Positions 6,525 to 14,693 of a stretch of 41,235 bases of DNA are shown in pieces. Below the pieces are notes generated by a model, which saw only the letters and a program-made list of their open reading frames with translations, had not been told where the DNA came from and did not search any database. Numbering within the stretch: position 1 is the first letter of the stretch; every line of letters starts with the position of its first letter. The stretch lies in UHGV virus genome UHGV-0192012; one strand, given 5' to 3'. The stretch is from a virus. A program made the position numbers and the translations under genes.

Positions 6525-7274
6525 TTAATAAGTTATCCTCATATGTAAAACCCCTGGTAAGCCTATTCTTAAACTCATTAAGTTCCCGCGCCATATGCTT
6601 ATTAACCCCATGTATTTTTTATGATGATCAGATTTGCGGTAAATAATTTCGGCAGCGGTTTGTCCGGTAATGGCATAATGAAATTTATTTTGAACCATAG
6701 CATAGAAATTTTTTGTTATTGGAGATTGTGAATCATAATCTGTGGAACATTCCGCAAAAATATCAGTAATCTTCTGATAGATTCTACGTTCGCTGGCACG
6801 AATGGAACGAACGCGTTCCAGCAATTCATCAAAATAATCTTTTCCGGTAACACGGCCATTCTTGAGCATATCATCATTCAGAACAAAGCCCTTGACAATA
6901 TATTCCTTTAGCGTTTGGGTTGCCCATATTCTGAATTTCGTGGCCTCTTTACTATTAACACGATATCCCACAGAAATGATTGCATCGAGATTATAATAAT
7001 TGATAATTTTATGCTGTGTTTTTCCAGCAATTGCGCCATGTTTAGTGGTTATTGCGATTTTTGCAATAACCACTTCTTTCGCTAATTCTCCCTCTTTGAA
7101 AATATTGCTTAAATGTCTATTAACCGTGGAAAGGGAAACATTGAAAAGCCTCGCAATATCTTTCTGTGGCATCCAGAAAGTTTCATCTTTATATAAAACA
7201 TTGATACTCTGATTCCCTTCATCAGTCTGATAAAGGATAATTTGTTTTTCGATTGGCGATAATTTATTATTCAT
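6525..7274 (-). pseudogene. rhuM: RhuM-family protein, C-terminally truncated
   Basis: Typical RhuM motifs (YNLDAIISVGYRVNS, FRIWAT, KGFVLND, DYFDELLERVRSIRASERR, VQNKFHYAITGQTAAEII). Similarity stops abruptly after YMGL. Confidence 0.75.
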
Positions 7275-7354
7275 TCACAGCTCCTTAATCTTTTAAAATG
7301 CCGGCTGCTATATTGGCAGCTCTTTTTTATTGTTACTGCTAAAATCGCAAGGCC

Positions 7355-7969
7355 TCACAAGCTCCTCCTCAGTTCCACGACCTTGCCAATGACGTTAACT
7401 GGAAGTTCTGCTATTTCCTTATTGGAGTAGAAATGAGGTGGATAGACTACTGGATTAAAGCCTATGAGGGTTACGCCCTCAGGGCTCTTTTTTATTTGCT
7501 TGCAGGTGGCTTCGTCGCCGTTTACCAGGATTATGGCTATATCCCCGGATTCCACGTCAGATTGGCATTTACATATAACTACATCATTATCTAATATCTG
7601 GGGCTCCATAGAGTGGCCCTTTATGCGGAGGGCGAAATATTCGCCTAAACTCGCCATTTTAGGAGTGATTTCTTCATATCCTTCTATATCCGTGATGGCC
7701 TCCAGGGGGATACCTGCTACCACTCGGCCAAGTATGGGGATACGGACGCCTTTTAAACGATTGGACTTATCTTCCCAACCCATTAAAAATGCGGGGGTTG
7801 TTGAAAGGGCTTTTGCTATTTTTTCGATTTTATCAGACGGAATGTTGGTAATAGCGCCTTTTTCATAGCGCTGAATGGTTGCTTTAGAAACACCAACCAC
7901 GCTTCCTACTTCTTCGAGAGTCTTATTTAATTGCAGTCTTCTTTCTTTCATGCGTGTTCCAATTGACAT
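7355..7969 (-). CDS. CI/LexA-like phage repressor (HTH + S24 peptidase)
   Basis: Xre HTH (LEEVGSVVGVSKATIQRYEKG), VAG cleavage site, GHSMEP serine, TCKQ lysine. Confidence 0.95.
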   Translation of the reverse strand: MSIGTRMKERRLQLNKTLEEVGSVVGVSKATIQRYEKGAITNIPSDKIEKIAKALSTTPAFLMGWEDKSNRLKGVRIPILGRVVAGIPLEAITDIEGYEEITPKMASLGEYFALRIKGHSMEPQILDNDVVICKCQSDVESGDIAIILVNGDEATCKQIKKSPEGVTLIGFNPVVYPPHFYSNKEIAELPVNVIGKVVELRRSL

Positions 7970-7999
7970 TTAAATCACCTCTTTATATTTTCTAAATCT

Positions 8000-8107
8000 A
8001 TAATACTATGATTTTACGCGCAAAGCAACGAAAACGTTACGTGTTAAGTAAAAAGTTTCTTGACATGAAACACAATCTGACGTATTATAAGTTACGTAAG
8101 GCGTTAC
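8000..8107. promoter_or_regulatory. Lysis/lysogeny switch: divergent promoters and operators
   Basis: Rightward TTGACA(8060-8065)-17-TATTAT(8083-8088); leftward TTGCTT(8028-8023)-17-TATTAT(8005-8000). GTTWC-N7-GWAAC-like operators at 8013-8029, 8036-8052, 8055-8071 and 8091-8107. Confidence 0.8.
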
Positions 8108-8132
8108 TTTTGGAGCGAAAGAAGGTGAGAAA

Positions 8133-8348
8133 ATGATTGACAGAAAACGCTTAATAGGAGTTATTTATTCAAGGGGGCTGACACAGTCCAAAGTTGCGAC
8201 AAATATTGGTATTTCTAGCAAAACCTTTTATCACAAGATGAAAACTGGGGTATTTGGTAGCGATGAAATCTATAAGATGAAGACGCTTCTTTCCATCCCT
8301 GATGAAGAAATGACTCCTATTTTTTTTACAAATAAAGTTACGCAGTAA
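8133..8348 (+). CDS. Cro-like HTH regulator
   Basis: 71 aa HTH (LTQSKVATNIGISSKTFYHK), divergent from the repressor. Confidence 0.88.
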   Translation: MIDRKRLIGVIYSRGLTQSKVATNIGISSKTFYHKMKTGVFGSDEIYKMKTLLSIPDEEMTPIFFTNKVTQ

Positions 8349-8353
8349 GTAAC
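8337..8353. promoter_or_regulatory. Distal operator GTTAC-N7-GTAAC at the end of cro
   Basis: Perfect palindromic match to the switch-region operator consensus. Confidence 0.65.
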
Positions 8354-8389
8354 TTTAGAGGAGGAAAACATCAAAGGAGGAGAAATGGA

Positions 8390-8710
8390 ATGACACCAGA
8401 TGTATGGAAAATTAACCACTATGGGTTTGAGTTATACGACAAGATTTTGGCTTATGACGCACCAGAAAGCACAAGCATTTTATCTTTAAATGAAATCGGG
8501 TATAAAACGCTGGAATATAGAAATTATGTTTTAGCAGCCGCACCGGTTATAAGTAATGGATTCCCACAGTGGGTTGGCATGGTCTACAAAATGTACACAG
8601 CCAACGACCCGGAAGGCATCGAAATCACAAAGATTGGCAACGCAGAATATAAATATCCAGAACATGCGCTCCAGTGGGGCATGGATTGGGTAGAAGGGAG
8701 GAACGAATGA
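8390..8710 (+). CDS. Hypothetical phage protein
   Basis: ORF with GGAG RBS; ATGA overlap with the next gene. Confidence 0.7.
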   Translation: MTPDVWKINHYGFELYDKILAYDAPESTSILSLNEIGYKTLEYRNYVLAAAPVISNGFPQWVGMVYKMYTANDPEGIEITKIGNAEYKYPEHALQWGMDWVEGRNE

Positions 8711-9441
8711 CTAACTTAGTAGAAATCAAAAATAACCAAGTTGTGGTTGACAGCAGAAGCGTGGCTAAAAATTTTGGTAAGCAGAATCAGCACGTTAACA
8801 GAGATATTGAAAATCTTATAAAAAAAGATGCGTCCAAAATTGGACGGATGTTTTACAAAGTTGAAATTCCTGATGTATATGGCCGACTTCAGAAGACCTA
8901 CTACATGAACCGTGACGGATTTAGCTTGCTGGTTATGGGCTTCACCGGAAAAGAAGCCATTGAATGGAAGCTCAAATATATTGAGGCCTTCAATGAGATG
9001 GAAAAGAAGCTCAAGAATCCGCTGGCCCTGCCGAACTTCAGCAATCCGGCAGAAGCTGCCAGAGCATGGGCAGACCAGTTCGAAAAGCGCAAGCAGGCCG
9101 AAGCCCTGAACGAGGCCAACCGCCCGAAGGTAATCTTCGCGGAGGCAGTAAGCGCTTCCCATTCGTCCATTCTCATCGGAGATCTGGCAAAAATCCTGAG
9201 AGGCAACGGCGTGAACATCGGGCAGAGACGCCTTTTCCAGTGGATGAGAGACCACGGCTACCTTATCAAGCAGAAAGGGGCAAGCTACAACATGCCTACA
9301 CAGCGAGCCATGGATATGGGACTTTTCAGGGTCAAGGAAGGAACCTACATCAATGGCAGCGGAGCGAATATAGTCACCAAAACAACCAAGGTGACCGGTC
9401 GAGGTCAGCAGTTTTTCATCAATAAGTTTTTGAAGGGATAA
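8707..9441 (+). CDS. Phage antirepressor (Rha N-terminal + ANT/KilAC C-terminal)
   Basis: DSRSVAKNFGK, YYMNRDGFSLLVMGFTG, WKLKYIEAFNEME (Rha); PKVIFAEAV, IGQRRLFQWMR, KVTGRGQQFF (KilAC). Start moved to ATG 8707. Confidence 0.92.
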   Translation: MTNLVEIKNNQVVVDSRSVAKNFGKQNQHVNRDIENLIKKDASKIGRMFYKVEIPDVYGRLQKTYYMNRDGFSLLVMGFTGKEAIEWKLKYIEAFNEMEKKLKNPLALPNFSNPAEAARAWADQFEKRKQAEALNEANRPKVIFAEAVSASHSSILIGDLAKILRGNGVNIGQRRLFQWMRDHGYLIKQKGASYNMPTQRAMDMGLFRVKEGTYINGSGANIVTKTTKVTGRGQQFFINKFLKG

Positions 9442-9458
9442 AACGGGGAGGATCAACC

Positions 9459-9800
9459 ATGAAAGTATTAAAAAATCCAGACCAGGTACTGCAGATTATG
9501 AACAGAAAGCTGGACGAGCTTCATAAGAGATTCGACGAGGCGGACGAGAAAGAAGCCACGGAGATTAGCGGGCAGGAGGCCGCGATCATCAGCGTCGCAG
9601 GGCATATTCGACACGCGATCGAGGACTATGGCTATTTCGGGGTGAAAGACATGGCGTGGGTCTATGAATACGTCAACGACGCTAAAGGAAAAGACCACGA
9701 GTACAGTAATCCCAGAGATACCTGGTTCATGAAAGGCCTCGCCAAGGGAGCCGAATGGGCCCTGAAAGAAGTCGAAAAGAGGATGGAGGAGGAACCATGA
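9459..9800 (+). CDS. Hypothetical phage protein
   Basis: ORF with GGAGG RBS, in operon. Confidence 0.75.
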   Translation: MKVLKNPDQVLQIMNRKLDELHKRFDEADEKEATEISGQEAAIISVAGHIRHAIEDYGYFGVKDMAWVYEYVNDAKGKDHEYSNPRDTWFMKGLAKGAEWALKEVEKRMEEEP

Positions 9801-10030
9801 CAAACGAAGAATGGAGCGAGATCATCGCCAAAGAGAAGAAAGCCCGCGCAGAGGCGATCGCCCTTTTCTGTCAGGCGCTGCAGAAAGCCGGAGTGCCGCT
9901 CATTTCGCTCGATATCGTCGAGCGTGACAGCGAGCGCATGGTCAAAGCTACGTTCACGTGGGGCGAGAGATGGGCGAACATCAGCCTGGACGCCCCGCAC
10001 ACCGCGCTCTATGGAAATGGGGCTCTTTGA
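9797..10030 (+). CDS. Hypothetical phage protein (possibly 3'-truncated)
   Basis: GGAGG RBS and ATGA overlap at 9797-9800; the 3' end runs into an antirepressor remnant. Confidence 0.6.
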   Translation: MTNEEWSEIIAKEKKARAEAIALFCQALQKAGVPLISLDIVERDSERMVKATFTWGERWANISLDAPHTALYGNGAL

Positions 10031-10148
10031 AATCAAAGAAGGCTCCTACGTAAACGGCGACGGCGTGAACGTCATCACCAAGACTCCGAAAATTACAGGG
10101 AAAGGGCAAAACTATTTCATCAATAAGTTCCTGAAGGAAGGTGCGTAA
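10000..10148 (+). pseudogene. C-terminal remnant of a second KilAC antirepressor
   Basis: RSMEMGLFEIKEGSYVNGDGVNVITKTPKITGKGQNYFINKFLK is homologous to RAMDMGLFRVKEGTYINGSGANIVTKTTKVTGRGQQFFINKFLK at the end of 8707..9441. Confidence 0.8.
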
Positions 10149-10150
10149 AC

Positions 10151-10414
10151 GTGGAACAGGCGAATAAGGTCTATCTGCTAAGCATAGAATTTCGCACGCA
10201 AAAATATTACGTAATAGACCTCAATGGGAGTCTTTCACGCAATATTTCCGACAGTATGTTGTTTTTTGACGAACGCAGGGCTGAATCCTATGCAGGTACC
10301 ATCGAAAGCCATATAGAGAGCACCATTGGAGAGCCGGCCACTATTCGTATTATGAGGCGTCCGTTATCTAGTGTTATTCCTAACACACTTCTCGAGTGCA
10401 TATCGTGCCCTTGA
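10151..10414 (+). CDS. Hypothetical protein
   Basis: GTG start after GAAGGTG; overlaps the 3' end of the convergent gene by 51 nt. Confidence 0.45.
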   Translation: MEQANKVYLLSIEFRTQKYYVIDLNGSLSRNISDSMLFFDERRAESYAGTIESHIESTIGEPATIRIMRRPLSSVIPNTLLECISCP

Positions 10415-11152
10415 AATGATTACCATCGCCTCAAGAGTGGATTGATAGGTTTCTGAGCTGAAGTGTTTAAGCTGGTGTGCTTTGGGGTTGCGGTATAAAT
10501 ACACGATTGCATTAAGCAAGGATTGTAAGCCTTTGTGTTCAGACCATTCATCAGAATTTGACAATCTATTCATGACAATTAGCGGGTTTTTCCCATCAAA
10601 ACATTGGTTCACAAGGGTATTCCCGTCTACATTGAGCCCGGATAAGTTCCTCAATTCCTCCATCAGGCATTTTGAGGCCTCAAATATCAAATGGAACAAA
10701 TCCTCATGTATTATTTCCGGTCTGCAAAAAGCAAGAATCTGAGGGTGGATGGAGAATTTCACCAGGTCATTCTTTAATCGGCATACGGTTTCGTTCGCTT
10801 CTTCAAGAGTGGTTGCAACAGATCTGGCTATCACTTTACCGGTGGGCAATAATTCAAGTCCGATAAAGCTTAGACGCTTGTTTAAATCATCCCTGGATTT
10901 ATTAAACGTTATCTGGTTATCAACATACAAAGAAGGCTGCATAATCCATTCAATGATATTTATCAGCGTCTGAAGGCTGTTGTTTTTATTAAAACCCATG
11001 ACAACAGCGTCATAAAGGCGGCGCCACTTAGTATCACGCTCATCTAGAGAACATTCAATATTCAGTTCAAAGAACATGGTTGAAATCTTATGGCCGGTAG
11101 TTAAATTTCCTAACAGTTCACATATAGGACGAATTTGATTGCTGTTAATCAT
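10364..11152 (-). CDS. TIGR02391-family protein (candidate prophage-encoded defence/moron gene)
   Basis: FHLIFEASK..LR..SGL..DG..LV..CF....P....N.L....E..EHKGL...RNPKAH pattern; opposite strand to the early operon; GAGGTG RBS places the start at 11152. Confidence 0.75.
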   Translation of the reverse strand: MINSNQIRPICELLGNLTTGHKISTMFFELNIECSLDERDTKWRRLYDAVVMGFNKNNSLQTLINIIEWIMQPSLYVDNQITFNKSRDDLNKRLSFIGLELLPTGKVIARSVATTLEEANETVCRLKNDLVKFSIHPQILAFCRPEIIHEDLFHLIFEASKCLMEELRNLSGLNVDGNTLVNQCFDGKNPLIVMNRLSNSDEWSEHKGLQSLLNAIVYLYRNPKAHQLKHFSSETYQSTLEAMVIISRARYALEKCVRNNTR

Positions 11153-11203
11153 AAAAATCACCTCAATCATCTCAATTATAGCAAAGAAAGAAGGTGCGTA
11201 AGA

Positions 11204-11452
11204 ATGCCAAAAATTAACATCACGGTGGATGAAGCCACCGAAATGCTTAACATCGGCCGTGCCAATCTGGTCGAGCTCATCGAGTCAGATGAGACCTTCC
11301 CCTGCTTCGCAGTGGGTAGAAAAATCCTGATTCCGGTAAAAGCCCTGGAAGAATGGGCAAATAACCGGGGACGGCTGAGAGTTGGCGTCAGGACAGTAAG
11401 CCGGACAGTCCAACTCATACGGCAGAGACGCAGGGTAAAGGAGGTGAGTTGA
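11204..11452 (+). CDS. Excisionase-like HTH DNA-binding protein
   Basis: ITVDEATEMLNIGR...FPCFAVGRKILIPVKALEEW (HTH_17-like); start at ATG 11204. Confidence 0.82.
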   Translation: MPKINITVDEATEMLNIGRANLVELIESDETFPCFAVGRKILIPVKALEEWANNRGRLRVGVRTVSRTVQLIRQRRRVKEVS

Positions 11453-11779
11453 GTGAAGAAATCAATCTTACGACGAATCAAGTGGGAGAACGTAAGCTTG
11501 CTGATGGCTACCGTAGCGGTGGCCGCGGCCGGAGCTTACGGAATCTACCATCACAAACCTGTATTCGATTACAGTAAAGTGCTTCCAAGTCATGTGGTGA
11601 CATACAGTTACCGCATTCAGGAGGGTGACACACTCTGGCACGTAGCCAGTACCGTAGCCCTTCCGGAGGACGACTTACAGCGGTTAGTCTTCCGGATTAT
11701 GGAAGACAACAAAATTAAAAATCCGGGCGCCATACAGCCCGGGGCGGTGATTCAGATAAATGTGGAGAGGAAAGTATGA
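11453..11779 (+). CDS. Membrane-anchored LysM-domain protein (YneA-like)
   Basis: N-terminal TM segment, then YRIQEGDTLWHVA...N.IKNPGAIQPGAVIQI LysM motif. Confidence 0.82.
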   Translation: MKKSILRRIKWENVSLLMATVAVAAAGAYGIYHHKPVFDYSKVLPSHVVTYSYRIQEGDTLWHVASTVALPEDDLQRLVFRIMEDNKIKNPGAIQPGAVIQINVERKV

Positions 11780-12111
11780 AAACTAAACAGGAACAGTTAT
11801 ATGACCTTCTCTGCGGTGACCCACGCATTTCAAACAATGAGGCAGCGGAACTGCTGAACATATCGCCGGGCTGTGCCAGAGCAACGAAGCACAAACTGGC
11901 AAAGAAGGGGCTTATCAAAATTGTATCCCCGCAGGAGGTTGAGATTCTGGAGCCTTACCCGGAAAATGAGCCGGCAGGAACCACTCTTCTGAAGATGGAG
12001 ATATACACCGAAATGGTCCAGACCTATATGGAAGACTTCAGGGAACAGACCACATTCCAGGACCGCCTGACGGTGGGGCGCGAAATCCGAAGGGTTCTGG
12101 ATCACATGTAA
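11776..12111 (+). CDS. Winged-HTH domain protein
   Basis: DPRISNNEAAELLNISPGCARATKHKLAKKGLI. Confidence 0.7.
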   Translation: MKTKQEQLYDLLCGDPRISNNEAAELLNISPGCARATKHKLAKKGLIKIVSPQEVEILEPYPENEPAGTTLLKMEIYTEMVQTYMEDFREQTTFQDRLTVGREIRRVLDHM

Positions 12112-12190
12112 AAAGCCCTTGACTACCGCAAATAGTCAAGAGCCTACCAAAAATAACTACATTTATAGATTACCAGAAAAGGGAGGAAAA

Positions 12191-12634
12191 ATGAAACTTC
12201 AGAAAATTTATACAGATGTTGTCAAGCTTTATTTCAGACGCGGGCCGGAGGATGAAGGCCACCGGCTCATCTATCAGTTTATAGAGGATGGCGTGGGATT
12301 TTCATTAAGCGCTTACTGCGCCTTCTGGGTTCCGCAGGAAGATTTCATTTTTAAGCCTACGGCCCTGAGGGCTAATGACCACATTTCCCACGTGCTTCAC
12401 CAGTTCAAGGATTTTATTCCGGGCAAGCTGGGAAATGAATTTATCCAGCAGGCCTGTCAGTTCCAGTCTGTGGTTTCCGAGGATGGAACGCGCAAGGTGT
12501 TCATCCAGAAGAAATATGCTGGCTGGCTGGATAAGGCAGATAAGATTTTCATACATGAGAAGTTTCAGGTTATCAAAGTGATTGATGGCCGCAGAATGGC
12601 CATTATTTCCGGATTACGGAAGATAGGAGAGTAA
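12191..12634 (+). CDS. Hypothetical phage protein
   Basis: GGGAGG RBS before ATG 12191. Confidence 0.7.
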   Translation: MKLQKIYTDVVKLYFRRGPEDEGHRLIYQFIEDGVGFSLSAYCAFWVPQEDFIFKPTALRANDHISHVLHQFKDFIPGKLGNEFIQQACQFQSVVSEDGTRKVFIQKKYAGWLDKADKIFIHEKFQVIKVIDGRRMAIISGLRKIGE

Positions 12635-12635
12635 T

Positions 12636-13043
12636 ATGCTGAGAATCGAGTTTGAAGGAAACGCCGAAGAAATTTTGCACGATATGGTGCTGTTGTTAGG
12701 CGGAGCGGGAACCCGCCCCGGGGAACGTATTCTGAATGTGGCCAAATCGGCGGATGGTCTGCGTAAGCTTAAGGAGCTGAAGGAAGCTCCTAATCCCATA
12801 GCAGAAGCTCCGAAAAAGGCCGAAGAAAAGCCGGCTAAGAAGGAACTGGCCAAGAGTCCGGAAGAACACACCACACCAGAACAGCTGACCAAGCTCCGCC
12901 AGGTGGCCGTGGCCTTCCTTAGAAAGGACCCGAAGAACCATGAAATCCTTAAGCAGTGGCTTTCCGTTCACGGATTTGAACGTATCACCAAGATTACCCC
13001 GGACAAGGTGGATATGTTCTTGGCGGAGTTTGAAAATGCCTGA
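12636..13043 (+). CDS. Hypothetical protein typical upstream of DUF2800
   Basis: AGGAG RBS; Pro/Ala/Lys/Glu-rich linker; synteny. Confidence 0.7.
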   Translation: MLRIEFEGNAEEILHDMVLLLGGAGTRPGERILNVAKSADGLRKLKELKEAPNPIAEAPKKAEEKPAKKELAKSPEEHTTPEQLTKLRQVAVAFLRKDPKNHEILKQWLSVHGFERITKITPDKVDMFLAEFENA

Positions 13044-14151
13044 ACAGCATGCGCTCTTAAGCGCGTCCAGTTCTTCCCGGTGGCTGGTATGCACACCATC
13101 CGCCCGCCTGGAGTCGCTTTACCCTAACGGTTCCAGTGCTTATGCGGAAGAAGGGACAAAGGCCCACGCCCTGGCGGAAAAGACGTTATCCGCCTTCCTT
13201 AAAGGGGGCAGCGGGAAGGTGGAGTGCGAGGACGCCGAAATGCGGGAGGCGGTACAGCGATATGTTGACACCTGTATCGAAAAGATTACAGCGGCACAAA
13301 CTGCTTCCCCGGACGCCGTCTGCGGGGTGGAAATCCGGCTTAACTTCTCTTCCTGGGTACCGAAGGGGTTCGGTACAGGGGATTGCGTGCTGGTATCCGA
13401 TTCCGGGATAGAGGTTATAGACCTTAAGTACGGCAAAGGGGTTCCGGTACACGCGGAAGGAAATACCCAGATGCGCCTGTACGCCCTGGGGGCCTATGCC
13501 CGCTATGGGCTGTTGTTTGATACGGACAGTATCACCATGACCATAGTACAGCCCCGCCTGGACAGCATTTCCAGTGACACGCTGTCCATGGATGAGCTTC
13601 TGGCGTGGGGCAGTAAAATCCGCCCCATTGCGGAAAAGGCCTTCCGCGGGGAAGGCGACTGCGTGGCCGGTGGGCATTGCCGGTTCTGCAGAGCAAAAAT
13701 CAAGTGCAAGGCACATCACGATTATCTGCTGGATGGCCTGAACTTCACCATACCCGATGAGCTGACAGATGATCAGCTGGCGGATATCGTGCTGAAGGCG
13801 AAGGAAATCAAGAGCTACATCAGCGATGTGGAAGCTTTTGCCCTGGCGGAAGCGTTGAAGGGTAAGAAGTGGAAGGGCCTCAAACTGGTGGCCGGACGGT
13901 CTACCCGAAAGATTACTGACGAAGAAAAGGCCATCGAACTGCTTAAGGCTGGGGGCTATACCGATGTGTACAAGCCGCAGGAGCTTAAGACACTGACCGC
14001 TCTGGAGAAGCTGGTAGGGAAGAAGAATCTGGCCGAATTGCTTAAAGGCGTGATTGAAAAGCCAGAAGGCAAGCCGACACTGGTTCCGCAGTCCGACCGC
14101 AGGAAAGAAATTACCGTTTTTGATGACAAGTTAATTGAAGAGGAGAACTAA
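13036..14151 (+). CDS. DUF2800 Cas4-like PD-(D/E)xK exonuclease
   Basis: HALLSASSSSRWLVCTPS, GT.AH, FGTGD, IDLKYGKG, QMRLYALG, HCRFCRAK..C. Confidence 0.88.
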   Translation: MPEQHALLSASSSSRWLVCTPSARLESLYPNGSSAYAEEGTKAHALAEKTLSAFLKGGSGKVECEDAEMREAVQRYVDTCIEKITAAQTASPDAVCGVEIRLNFSSWVPKGFGTGDCVLVSDSGIEVIDLKYGKGVPVHAEGNTQMRLYALGAYARYGLLFDTDSITMTIVQPRLDSISSDTLSMDELLAWGSKIRPIAEKAFRGEGDCVAGGHCRFCRAKIKCKAHHDYLLDGLNFTIPDELTDDQLADIVLKAKEIKSYISDVEAFALAEALKGKKWKGLKLVAGRSTRKITDEEKAIELLKAGGYTDVYKPQELKTLTALEKLVGKKNLAELLKGVIEKPEGKPTLVPQSDRRKEITVFDDKLIEEEN

Positions 14152-14153
14152 TT

Positions 14154-14693
14154 ATGAAATTCACAACAGGAAAAGTAAGACTCAGCTATGTACACGTTTT
14201 TGAAGCCAAGCCAGATCTGCAGGGCCGGCCTAAGTATTCCGCTGCCCTTCTCATCGATAAGAAGGACAGTAAGACACTGAACCGCCTTAAGACGGCATTT
14301 AAGCAGATTCTGGACGACCCGGAAACCAAGGCCAAGATGGGTGGTAAGATGCAGGGGCTTGACCTTCCGCTCCGTGACGGGGATGAAAAGCCGGATATGG
14401 CCGGATACCCGGGATGCTTCTACCTTAACGCCAAGGCCAGTGAAGACCACCCGCCATTGGTAGTGGACAGGGATAGAAACGACATTGTGGACCCGGCGGA
14501 AATATACAGCGGATGCTATGCGCAGGCCGTCATTTCCCTCTATCCGTACAACTTCAACGGCCGTAAGGGAATCGGCGTTGGCTTAAGCGCTATCCGTAAG
14601 CTAGCGGATGGGGCTCCGCTGGGCGGAAGCCGTGTCACGGCCGACGACTTCAGTGATGACCTTCTGGGTGACGGGGTGGATGACCTGCTATGA
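14154..14693 (+). CDS. DUF2815 single-stranded DNA-binding protein (T7 gp2.5-like)
   Basis: VRLSYVHVFE, KYS..LLI.K, PLRDGD, IYSGCY, acidic C-terminal tail. Confidence 0.88.
   Translation: MKFTTGKVRLSYVHVFEAKPDLQGRPKYSAALLIDKKDSKTLNRLKTAFKQILDDPETKAKMGGKMQGLDLPLRDGDEKPDMAGYPGCFYLNAKASEDHPPLVVDRDRNDIVDPAEIYSGCYAQAVISLYPYNFNGRKGIGVGLSAIRKLADGAPLGGSRVTADDFSDDLLGDGVDDLL

Noticed and set aside
8716..9456. Long antisense ORFs (e.g. 8716..9456, 13186..13719, 14740..15255, 22086..22622, 38387..38914, 40444..40950)
   Set aside because: Each lies opposite a well-supported gene and lacks an RBS or motifs; expected shadow ORFs.
13036..14151. CRISPR-Cas (cas4) locus
   Set aside because: DUF2800 is a standard member of this phage replication module. 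No other cas genes or repeat-spacer array are visible.
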